A stretch of 64,000 nt of DNA from the NCBI RefSeq assembly GCF_009914755.1, contig NC_060934.1; one strand, 5' to 3'. Below the pieces are notes generated by a model. That model did not search any database. It saw nothing but the letters and a program-made list of their open reading frames with translations, and was not told where the DNA came from. Of this stretch, positions 16,730 through 31,327 are shown piece after piece. Position 1 is the first letter of the stretch, and each line of letters opens with the position of its first letter. Both the position numbers and the translations under genes were made by a program. This DNA comes from the human T2T-CHM13v2.0 reference genome, Homo sapiens.

Positions 16730-16800
16730 GCCTGGCCACCCTGTTCCTGGGCTGGTGGCACTAGCTGTGCCCAGTGACCCCTGAGGGCCTCGCGCTCCTA

Positions 16801-17149
16801 ATGGCAGCAGACAACCACACAGCGTAGAGGCGTTTGTCCTGCAGGGTCTCTCTGAAGACCTTCCACTCCAGGGCTGCTGCTTTGCTTTTTTCCTCCTTTA
16901 CCTGATGGCACTTGTAGGAAACATCCTCATGGTCATGGCCATCAGTCTGAATCCAGGCCTCCACACGCCAGTGTACTTCTTTCTCACCAACCTGGCCCTT
17001 TTAGACATCGTCTGCACATCCATGGACAACAGCAGAGTGGTGGCTGTGCTGTACACAGTGGTCAGCCCCACCCTGAACCCCTCACCTACTCCCTGCGGAA
17101 CAAGGACTTATCAGTAGCACTGAGGAGAGTGTTTTCTTGCATCAGGTAA
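16801..17149 (+). pseudogene. OR7M1P: Olfactory receptor pseudogene with a large internal deletion and frameshifts
   Basis: MAADNHT, FVLQGLS, LYLMALVGNILMVMAISLNPGLHTPVYFFLTNLALLDIVCTS joined directly to VVAVLYTVVSPTLNP / YSLRNKD..ALRR; the symbol is assigned from recalled position between SCART1 and CYP2E1. Confidence 0.85.
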
Positions 17150-19858
17150 AAGGAAGGGAAGTTTCTAGTGTGAAATGTTCCAGGTGTTAACAAACTAATT
17201 TCAACATATGACTTTGAGAATCTCATGCAAGCAGCAAGGAACAAGAAAGTAATTAATGCCACATATTTATAAATAATGTGCTCCCGCACGGGGCTGCCAT
17301 CATTCAATGTGGAACTCCCAACATCCCAAGGCTGTATGGGTAGGTGCAGTCAGGGCTACAAGGCAGCAGGGAGCTAAGGGAGGGCCAGCGGCTAGTTGAG
17401 CAGGAGCCCAAAAGGGCCACTTAACGCCCTCCGACACCCCATGCACCTGCTTGACTCCCTTTCACTGGCAATTGGGTCCCAGGAGCAATGTGGGAGCATT
17501 CACCTTGGGGGTGCCGCTGGCCGTGTCTTCTTTTAGTCAGGGGTTCTTGCCCGGGGATGGGTCGAGAGTCACATATGCCCACTGTGCACACTGCCTGGTC
17601 TATGTTGACGGGGTGGGGGCATTTCTTGATATCCTGCTTTGGAGAAAATCACCCAAACCCCGACTCTCCAACCCAACTCCTCTTGGTGTGAGGTCAAGGA
17701 AAACACGAGAAATGCTCTCCTCCCTGTGTGAGGTTTCGTGGTCCTGGCACCATAAAGGGTGAGAGATGGGGTTATCCAGCCTTTCTTTTTAATGACCTGC
17801 AGGAAATACATGGGGCTTTACTGATTTACTTCCTTTCAGAGAAGGGCATTCTCATTCTTTAATTTATGCACCAATCACCTACATTCTGTCATTAACTTAT
17901 TATCTTTGTTTAATTGATTATCCTTGTGTCCATCACCAATCCATCTATTTTATGCATTTCAAAGCCAGTTGCAAACATCATTTCACTTCTTAAATACTTC
18001 TGCGTGCATATCATTAAACATTTGTTTATAGTTATTTTTCCTTTTAAGGTAATATTTTCAAACAACAAAATGCATAAATAAGGGTGTACGTTTGCTGAGT
18101 AATGTAATTATCAAATCAGGTGCCCATGTGTGATGATCAAATCGGGTACCCGTGTGTGATGATCAGATCCTTCTGTCTAATTGTATGTTTGTACCCCTTA
18201 ACAACCTCTGTTCATCCCCTTCCCCCACACTCTTCCCAGCATCTGGTAACTATCATTTTACCCTCTACCTCCATGAGATCAACTTTTTAAGCTCCCACAT
18301 GTGAGTGAGAACATGCAATATTTGTCTTTCTATGGCCAGCTTATTTCACTTGTCATAATGACCTCCAGTTCCATCCATGTTGCTGCACATGATAAGATTT
18401 CATTCTTTTTTATGGCTGAATAGTATTCCATTGTGTATATATACCACATTTTCCTTATCCCTTCATTCATTGATGGACACTTAGGTTGATTCCATATCTT
18501 GGCTATTGTGAATAGTGCTGCAATAAACATGGGGGTACAGGTATCCCTTTGATATACTGATTTCTTTTCCTTTGGATAAATACCCAGTGGGATTGCTGGT
18601 TCATATGGTAGTTCTATTTTTAGTTTTTGAGAAACCTCCATACTGTTTGCCATGATGGCTGTACTAATTTACATATCCACTAACAGTGCACGAGAGTTCC
18701 CTTTTATCTGCGCTCTTGCCGCCATTTGTTATTTTTTTGTCTTTTTGATAATAACCGTCCTAACTGGGATGAGATGACATCTCATTGTGGTTTTGATTTG
18801 TGTCTCCCTGATGATTCTTGATGTTGAGCATTTTTTTTACATACCTGTTGTCTATTTGCATGTCTTCTTTTGAGAAATGTCTATTCAGATCGTTTGCCCA
18901 TTTTTAAATCTTTTTTTTTCTGTTGAGATGTTGCAGCTTCTTTTATATTCTGGATATTAATCACTTCTTGGATGATTGGTTTGCAGATATTTTCTCCCAT
19001 TCTATAGGTTGTCTCACCACTCTTTTGATTGTTTCCTTCACCATGTAAAAATCTTTTAGTTTGATATAACACTATTTGTTAATTTTTGCTTTTGTTGCTT
19101 GTGATTTCAAGGTCTTATTCATAAAATCTTTTTTTTCAGACCAATGTTCTGAAGCATTTACCCTATGTTTTCTTCTAGCAGTTTTATAGTTTTGGGTCTT
19201 ACATTTAGATCTTTGATTCATTTTGAGTTGATTTTTGTATAGAGTAGAAAGGGGTCTAGTTTTATTCTTCTGCATGTGAATATCTAGTTTTCCCAGTACC
19301 ATTTATTAAAGAAGCTGTCCTTTCCTCAGTGAATATTCTTGGCACCTTTGTCAAAAATCAGTTGGCTGTAGATATGTGGATTAATTTCTGGGTTCTCCAT
19401 TCTGTTCCATTGGTCTATGTGTCTGTTTTTATGCCAGTACCATGCCATTGCTGTTTTGGTTACTGCAGCTTTGTAGTATATTTTGAGGTCTGCTAATGTG
19501 ATGATAGCTTCAGCTTTGTTCCTTTTGCTCAGGATTGCTTTGGCTATTCGGGATATTTTGTGATTCCATACAAATTTTATGATTTTTTTTCTAGTTCTGT
19601 AGGAATGTCATTGGTATTTTGGTAGAGATAGCACTGAATCTGTAGATTGCCTTGGGTAGTATTGTCATTCTCCTATCCATAAGCATGAGATATCTCTCTA
19701 TTTGTATCCTCTTCAATTTTGTTATCAATATTTTGTAGTTTTCCCTGTAGAGATCTTTTACTTCCTTGGCTAAATTTGTTCCTAGGCACTGTTTTTTTGT
19801 ATCTATTGTAAATGGGATTGCTTTCTTGATTTCTTTTTCAGCTAGTTCATTGTTCATG

Positions 19859-20250
19859 TGCCTTAATCCATTTGTGTTGCTATAAAGGAATACCTGAGGT
19901 TGGGTAATTTATGAAGAAATTAGGTTTATTTGGCTCACAGTTCTGCAGGCTGTAACAGAAGCATGGCACTAGCATATGCTTCTGGTGAGGGCCTCAAAGC
20001 TTCCACTCATGGAAGAAGGCAAGACGGAGCTGCCTCACATGGTGAGGTGAAGGGAGAGAGAAAGATGGAAGGAAGGTGCCAGGCTTTTAAAATATAATCA
20101 GTTCTTGCTCATTACCATGAAGATGGCACCAAGACATTCATTAGGGATCTGCTCCCATGCTCCAAATACCTGCCATTAGGCCCCACCTCCAACATTGGGG
20201 AACAAATTTCAACATGAGATTTGGAGGGGACAAATATCTAAACTGTATTG
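19859..20250 (-). mobile_element. MaLR MSTB-like solo LTR inserted in the L1
   Basis: tgccttaatccatttgtgttgctataaaggaatacctgag...caaatatctaaactgtattg; TSD tcatg/tcacg. Confidence 0.82.
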
Positions 20251-22037
20251 TCACGTATAGAAATGCTACTGATTTTTGTATATTAGAATCCTGCAACTTT
20301 ACTAAATTTATCAGTACTAAGAGTTAGAACTTTCTTTTCCTCTAAGCACTGAAACAAGGATGCCCCCCCGACTTTTCTTCATTCAATAAGCTGTTAACTG
20401 TGGGTTTGTCATATATATTTATTATGTTGAGTTACTTTGATTATATATTTAATTTATTAAGAGTTTTTATCATGAAGGAGATGTTGAATTTTATCAAAAC
20501 ATTTTTCTGCATCTATTGAGATGATCATGTTTTTTTCCCTTCATTCTACTGATGTATGTATGATGTTTGTTGATTTGTGTAGGTTGAACTATCCTTGCAT
20601 TCCTGGGATAAAGCCCACTTGAGCATGGTTATTGTTTTTTGATGTGTTGTTTAATTCAGTTTGCTAGTATTTTGTTGAGGATTTTTGCATCTATGTACAC
20701 AAGAGATATTGGCCTGTAGTTTTCTTTTTGCTGTTGTTATGTCCTTGTCTGGTTTTGGTATCAAAGTTATTCTGGTCTTGAAGAATGAGTTAGGAAGAAT
20801 TCCCTCTGCTTTAATTTTTTGGAATAGTTTAAGAGGAAGCAGTATTAATTATTCTTTAAAAATTCTATAGGATTCAGCAGTGAAGCCATCCAGTACTGGA
20901 CTTTTCTTTGTTGAAGGACTTTTTATTACTGATTCAATCTTGTTACTTGTCTTGGTCTGTTCAGGTTTTCTATTTCTTCTTGGTTTAATCTTGGTAAGTT
21001 GTACATGTCCAGAAATTTATCAGTCTCTACAGTTGTTCATAGCAGTCTCTAATGATCCTTGATAGTTCTGTGATATCCATTGTGATTTCTTCTTTTTCGT
21101 TGCTGCTGTTATTTATTTGAGACTTCTCTTTTCTTAATGTTAGTCTAGGTAACGGTTTATCAACTTTTTCTTTTCAAAAAACCAGCTTTTCATTTTTTGT
21201 TATTTTGTATTGTGTTTTTGTTTAATTTTATTTCTGCTCTGATCTTTACTATTTCTTTTCTTCTACTAATTTTGGGTTTGGTTTGTTCTTGCTTTCCTAG
21301 TTCCTTGAGGTGCATTATTAAGTCATTTATTTTCTTTCTAGTTTTTTTTTTTAACGTAGGCATTTATTGCTGTAAACTTGCCTCTTAATACTGCTTTTCC
21401 GTTGTGTTTCTATTTTCATTTGTTTCAAGAAGTATTAAAATTTCATTCTTAATTTCTTCCTTCACCCATTGTTTGTTCAGGATTATGCTGCTTAATTTCC
21501 ATGTATTTTCATAGTTTTGAATGTTTTTCTTGTTATTGATTTTTAGTTTTATTCCATTGTGATCAGATAAGATATTTGATATAATTTTGATTTAAAACAT
21601 TTGTTGAGACCTGTTTTGTATCCTAGTATATGACCAGTCCTGGAGAATGCTCCATGTAGTGATGAAAAGAATGTGTTTTATGTAGCTGTTGGGTGAACTG
21701 TTCTGTAAAGGTTTATTAGACCCATTTGTTCTATGGTGCAATTTAGAGCCAATGTTTCTTTGTTGATTTTCTGTCTAGATGATCTGTCCAGTGCAGAGAG
21801 TGGGGTGCTGAAGTCCCCAACTATTATTGTAGTGGGGTCTACCTCTCCCTTTAGATCCAATGATATTTGCTCTATATATCTGGGTGCTCTAGTGTTGGGT
21901 GCATATATATTTAAAATTGTTATGTTCTCTTGATGAGCTGATCCCTTTATTATTATATAATGTCCTTCTTTGTCTCTTTTTACAGTTTTTAGCTTGAAAT
22001 CTGTACTTTCTGATATAAATACAGGTACTCCTGCTTG

Positions 22038-22350
<313 letters not shown>

Positions 22351-25300
22351 CACTTTTGGTTTTCATTTGCATGAAATATCTTTTTCCATTCCTTTCTTCA
22401 CTTTCAGTCTTTGTGTGTCTTTATAGGTAAGGCAGCGCATATAGTTGGGCCTTTTTTTTTTTTGTCCTTCAGCCAGTCTCTAGCTTTTAAATGGGCAATT
22501 TAATCTATTTACATTCAAAGTTATTACTGATAGGTGGCAACTTACTCCTGTTATTTTATTGATTGCTTTCTGGTTGCTTTGTATATTCTTTGGTCCTTGC
22601 TTCATCTGTTATTATTTATTTTTGCAGTTGGGTGGTTTTCTGTAGTGATAAGGCTTGATTCCTTTATCTTTCCCCTTTGTTATATCAGTTAGTTTTATAG
22701 TTTTGCATGTTTTCATGATGGGTTATTGTCTTTTCACTTCCAAATGTAAGGCTCCCTTGAGCATTTCCTGTAAGACTGCTTTAGTGGTGATGAATTCCCT
22801 CAATTTTTCCTTCTCAAGAAAAATTGTTTCTCCTCCATTCTTGAAGGATAGATTTGCTGGATATAATATTCTTGGTTGACAGGTTTTTAAAAATTTATTT
22901 CAGTACTTTGAATATATCATCTCATTCTCTTCTGACCTGTAAGGTTTCTGCTGAGAAATCTGCTGTTAATCAAACTGGGATTCCCTTATATCTGAATTGA
23001 TGCTTTTCTCCTGCTACTTTAAAAATTCTTTATGTTTGACTTTTGACAGTTTGACTATAATGTGCCTTGGAGAGGACCTGTTTGGGTTGAATCTATTTGG
23101 GGTTCTTGGAGCTTCCTGGGCTTGGACATTCATCCCTCTCCCAAGATTTGGGATTTTTCTGCTGTTATTTCATTAAATGTGTTTTCCATTTCCCTTCTTT
23201 TCTCCTCCTGGAATGCCCAGAATATTTGTTTGCTTAATGGTGTCCCATAAATCCTGCAGGCTTTCTTTATTCCTTTAAATTATTTTTTGTCTGCCTGTAT
23301 TATTTCAAAAGACCTATCTTCAAGTACAGAAGTTCTTTCTTCTCCTTTGTTTAATCTGTTGTTGAAGTGCTTGATTGTATATTTTAATTTCATTCATTGA
23401 ATTCATCAGCTGAGGATTTCCATTTGGCTCTTTTTAATGATATCTACCATTTAGTTAAATTTCTTATTCAAATCATAAATTATTTTCTAATTTCATTGAA
23501 TGTTGTATCTGTATTCTCTTGTAACTCACTGAGTTTCCTTAAGATTATTATTTTGAATTCTTTTTCTGGCATTTTATATATTTCCTTATGATTGAGATCT
23601 GTCATAGGAGAATTATTATTTTTCTTTGGAGGTGACATGTTTCTTTGCGTTTTCAAGGTTAATGTGTTGAGGTGTCTCTATGTTGATTTCTATACATCTG
23701 GTGGGAAAAAAAATCACCTCTTTTGCTTGTATGGAGTAAGTTTTGAAGCAAAAGACTCATTCATGTGAATGGGCCTCAGGGCATCAGTTCAGTGGGGTGC
23801 ATTGCCCTGGGCTCTAGATGGATGCAGTAATGTAGTCTCTGTGTAGTCTTTTCAGCTGTAATCTACATTAGTGGTGTTTCAAGTTTCTCAGTGGCCTAGT
23901 CTGAGAGAGTCTGTGGCACTGGCGGTGCAGCTTTCCCTCTCCTTTTTAAAGAGCTTGTGTACTTAGGTCAGGCTTACCAGGCTGTTTCTCAGGTTGGGAT
24001 GTGTGTGCATATGCACAATGGGCTGGTCAACTTGAGGTCTGGCTCCCTGGGGTTGGGGCCACTGGGCTGTTACTCTGGCCAGGAGCATGAGCATAGATAT
24101 TTGGCCAGCTTATGGGCATGCTCACCATGGGTGGCTGACAGGGCTGTTTCTCAGGCCTGGTATGCAGGCACAGGGCTGCTTGACTGGCCTGGGGGTGTGT
24201 CTGCTGCAGGCAGCCCATGGGACTATTTCTCAGACCCAGGACACAGCTGCATGACTGCTCAGCTGGCCTGAGTGTGTGTCTGCTGGGGGTGGGCCACCAG
24301 GCTGTTTCTTGGACCTGGGATGTGGGTGTACATCTGCTCAGCTGGACTGGGGATTTGCCCACCAGGGTTGGCCAGCTGAGCTGCTTTTCAGTCCCAGGGC
24401 ACACAACTGCTTGGTTATTCTGGGGGTGTTTTGCAAATGGCAGCCCCTAGAGCAGTTTCTCAGCCACTGATTGTGGACATAGGGCCATTGGACAAGTCAG
24501 GGCCTTGTCTGCAGGGAATAGGGCACCTCAAAACTGTTACTCAGACCCTGAATATAGGCACATAGCCACTCCACTGGCCTGGAAGTGTGTCAGCTACTCA
24601 GAGGCTTGAGGGCCTCTCCGACTTGGAGGAGGGCATGCAGCAGTGTGGCTGGCTCAAGGGCAGTTTTGCCCTGGGTGGGACTGCCAGACTTTTCCTCTGT
24701 CTGGAAGTGAGGGTGGTAGGAGTTGGTTTTTCTGCTCTCCAGGGTCACAGCCAATCCTGGGCCCAGGCTTCATGCTGCCAGCATTGTGGTGCTCGGCCAC
24801 CAGTGTGGGCTTGGTGGAACAAAGACAGAGCTCCAGTGCTGGAAAGGTGCAGTGGATACTGGCCTCCAGAATAGGGTGCACTCCAGACATGACTCTGGTC
24901 TCAAGATGGTGCCCTGCTGCAGCAGACTGGCTTACAGGGGATAGTTGGGGGATGGGGAGTGCACATATTGTGCTCCTAATCTAGGGCAATGAAGCTGTGT
25001 GAATGCCCTGCAGCTCTCCAAACTGGGTGACGGTGGGATTCTCCTGTTGTAAGGACTTTAGGTGTTTGCAGTGGCAATCAGGGATGGTGGGGATCTTTTG
25101 TTTATCCGCAATAAGTGACTCCTGACATTAGGCAGTTCTGATCTTGATGAGGGACAAGGGGTTTCAGAGGCCAAGTGCTTCCACACTGCCCTCCTGGACT
25201 TCTAATCACCACAGGTGCATTTCCACTCCTCTTTTGCATACCAGCACTCTTCCTTCAACACTCCAGTCAACACTGAGCTGTTTATTTTTTGCTTTGGTTC

Positions 25301-26164
25301 CTTCTTGTCTGGGGTGGCGGGTGGGGAGGAGATGAATACCAGGCATCTCTAGTCAGCTATCTTATTCCCAAGCTTAGAGGCTCTCTAATGCTAGGTCACA
25401 TAGGCAGGCCTCCTTTATGGCTCTAGGTGGTACCTTAAAAACAAGCTCCCCTTGGCTCTAGTAAATGGTTAGAGCACTGCTCTTCTCGAGTTAGAGGTGG
25501 GGAAGTCCCAAAGGGATATCCCAGTAGTGTGGGAAGGCTGGCTAGGGGTTTGTACCCAGGGGACCTGTGGGATGAAACTCCTACAGCATGGTGCTGCTGA
25601 ACATCCACTGTAATTTGCATCTTCTGTGGCTGAGTTTCAGAGCAGAGTTTCCAGGGCTGGAGGTGGTAGTCCCACCTCCCCACTTTGTCTCTGCCTGTCT
25701 TCAGGGATACTTCTTGATGCTTCCCATGGGCTAAGGTAGGGACGGTTCTCCTGCCAGGGAACCCAAAATGGTGGGGAAGCTGTTTGTCTCCTCCATTTTG
25801 CTTTTCTCAGTGTAGAAACAATGAGTTGGGGAAATTTTTCAACACATGTGGTGCCAGGCAGAATGGGGGAGGGGGCATTGCAAATGTGGGTGTCTAGTTC
25901 TCTTACCAACTACTCAGAGTGTTTTCACTTCTCTGTGGGCCTGGAAGTGGTCTCATCTTTTTATTTGAGTTCTGGGATATTTCTGGTGATAATCTTTGTT
26001 TTTGGTTTTCTGTGGGAGAGAGTGAAACCAGTTTGCTTCTATTCTACATTGCCTTTTGAAACTAGAAAAAAAACCTCTCTTTTTTGAAGAGCTTGTGTGC
26101 TTAGGTCAGGCTTACCAGGAAAATCTCACTGTCTTAAGGTTAACTATGCCATGTAATGTAACAT

Positions 26165-28355
<2,191 letters not shown>

Positions 28356-29142
28356 ACAAGAATCCAGAACTCTATTTTGACATCTGGTGGACATCGCTCC
28401 AATCATGATTCCATGTCTCTCTGCATATACAGAAAGAAAGTTAAATTTGTATAGCTAGAGAACTGCTTAGATTAGGTTGAAAGATAAAATTTTATGAGAA
28501 TATCATATATGTTTTAAAAGCAAGTTTTAGCTATATTTACTAATAAAAAGAAAGGAAACTGATGAAGCTAAAGAAGTTCAGGAAAATATTTCTCATAAAG
28601 ATTAGTTTCCAAGAAACTACATTACTACATATCCTCACCCTGTGAGGGCACAAAACGCCCTGACAAACCTCATTTCAGTTTTTCCTTCTTGGAGATTAGT
28701 CTGTTATTCTTAAATCAGGGGCTTATCAGGGTCTCTGTGTTTCTTCCCAGGGAAAGAGTGGGCATCTAGAATGTGGGAGGTAATACATAATACCTCCAAA
28801 TCTCCAGGGCGTATTTATTTCTTCAGACATCATGCTTACTGCCCCCCACTTTTTTTTTTTTTTAGAAAGAAAGAACAAAAAGAAGAGAAGGAGAGTAAAT
28901 TCTTGTTTCCAAGTTAGACAAGAGAGTTATGATTAAATGCCACCTTGGGTCCACAAGTCTTCCATAAGAAAAACAATGAAAGGATTTCTGGATGATTCTA
29001 TTATGACATCACAACTTGCAGCAGAGGCAGATGTAATGAGGCAATACTTGACATTGTTTTCAGGGCATTTGGTAGGTTCAATGGGAAACAAAACTCTTAA
29101 AACCCCTATCTGCTGGCTGGTGCTTAAAGTTTCTATCTCAAT

Positions 29143-29388
29143 TGTCTTAGTCCATTTAGTGTTGCTATAAAGGAATAGCTGGGGCTGGGTAATTTGTAAA
29201 GAAAAGAGGTTTATTTGGCTCATGGTTCTGCAGGCTGTACAGGAATCATGGTGCCAGCATTTGCATCCGATGATGGCACAGGCTGTTTTCATGCATGGTG
29301 GAGGGTGAAGTGGAGCTGGCGTGCAGGGATCACATGGCAAGGCAAGAGGGGAAGTGAGTGAGTGAGTGAGCAAGACAAAGAGGGGAAG
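29143..29388 (-). mobile_element. MSTB-like LTR, left piece (host of the nested complex)
   Basis: tgtcttagtccatttagtgttgctataaaggaatagctgggg...; continues at about 38523-38710; outer TSD tcaat/taaat. Confidence 0.8.
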
Positions 29389-31327
29389 TGTATTAGTCCA
29401 TTTTCACGCTGCTGATAAAGACATACCTGAGACTAGGCAATTTACAAAAGAAAGAGGTTTAACTGGACTTACAGTTCCACGTGGCTGGGGAAGGTCTCAG
29501 AATCATGGTGGAGGGCGAAAGGCACTTCTTACATGGCAGTGGCAAGAGAGAATGAGGAGGGAGCAAAAGCAGAAACCCGTGATAAACCCATCAGATCTTG
29601 TGAGACTTTTTCACTACCATGAGAATAGCACAGGAAAGACCAGCCCCTATGATTCAATTACCTCCCACTGGGTCCCTCCCACAAAACATGGGAATTCTGG
29701 GAGATATAATTCAAGTTGAGATTTGGGTGGGGGCACAGGCAAATCATATCATTCCACTCCTGGCCCCTCCCAAATCTCATGTTCTCACATTTCATAATCA
29801 ATCATGCCTTCCCAACAGTCCCCCAAAGCCTTAACTCATTTCAGCATTAACTCAAAAGTCCACAGTCCAATGTCTCATCTGAGACAAGAAAACTCCCTTC
29901 TGCTTACAACCCTGTAAAATCAAAAGCAAGTTAGTTACTTCCTAGATACAATGTGGGTACAGGCATTGGGCAAAAACAGCCATTCCAAATGGGAGGAATT
30001 GGCCAAAACAAAGGGGCTACAGGCCCCATGCAAGTCCAAAATCCATCAGGGCAGTTAAATCTTAAAGTTCCAAAATTATTTCCTTTGACTCCACGTCTCG
30101 CATCCAGGTCACACTGATGCAAGAAGTGGGTTCCCATGGTCTTGGGCAGCTCCGCCCCTTGGCTTTGCAGGATACAGCCTCCCTCCCGGCTGTTTTTATG
30201 GGCTGGTGTTGAGTGTCTGTGGCTTTTCCAGGCACACAGTGCAAGCTATCAGTGGATCTATCATCCTGGGGTCTGGAGGATGGTGGCCCTCTTCTCACAG
30301 CTCCAATAGGTGGTTACCCCATTAGGGATTCTGTTTGGGGGCTCTGACCCCACATTTCCCTTCTGCACTGCTGTGGCAGAGGTTCTCTATGAAGGCCTTG
30401 CGCTTGCAACAAACTTTTGCCTGGGCATCCAGGCATTTCCATACATCTTCTGAAATCTAGGCGGAGGTGCCCAAACCTCAATTCTTGACTTCTGTGTACC
30501 CACAGGCTCAACACCATGTGGAAGGTGCTAAGGCTTAGGGCTTGCACCCTCTGAAGCCATGGCTGGAGCTTTACCTTGGTCCCTTTTAGTCATGGCTAGG
30601 GGCAGCTGGGACACAGGACACCAAGTCCCTTGGCTGTACACAGCATGGGGACCCTGGGCCTAGCCCAGGAAGCCATTTTTATCTTGTACACCTCCAGGCC
30701 TGTGATGAGAAGGGCTGCTGTGAAGACCTCTGACATGCCCTGGAGAGGCATGTCTTTTCCCCATTGTCTTGTGAGTTAACATTCTGCTCCTCGTTACTTA
30801 TGCAAATTTCTGCAGCTGGCTTAAATTTCTCCCCAGAAAATGGGATTTTCTTTTTCTATTGCATTGTCAGGCTGCAAATTTTCCAAACTTCTATGCTGTG
30901 CTTTCCTTATAAAATGGGATGCCTTTAACAGCACCTGAATCACCTCTTGAATGTTTGCTGCTTAGAAATTTCTTCCACCTGATACCCTAAATCATCTCTC
31001 TCTGGTTCAAAGTTCCACAGGTCTCTAGGGCAGGGGAAAAATGCTGCCAGTCCCTTTGTTAAACATAACAAGAGTCACCTTTGCTCCACTTCCCAACAAG
31101 TTCCTAATTTCCATTTGAGATCACCTCAGCCTGGACTTTATTGTCCATATTGCTATCAGCATTTTGGGCAAAGTCTCTAGGAAGTTCCAAACTTTCCCAC
31201 ATTTTCTTATCTTCTTCTGAGCCCTCCAAATTGTTCCAACCTCTGCCTGTTACCCAATTCCAAAGTCAATTCCACATTTTTGGGTATCTTTTCAGCAACA
31301 CAACAGCCCACTCCTGGTACCAAAATC
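29389..31327 (-). mobile_element. THE1 element: 3' LTR (29389-29751) plus complete internal region, lacking its own 5' LTR
   Basis: tgtattagtccattttcacgctgctgataaagacatacc...aaatcatatca, then PPT complement ttccactcctggcccctcc, then THE1-int up to the PBS region. Confidence 0.9.

Noticed and set aside
15173-16784. 534-, 529- and 255-aa ORFs as genuine genes
   Set aside because: Their length follows from a stop-free repeat unit; no domain, splice structure or promoter evidence. Kept only as a low-confidence finding.
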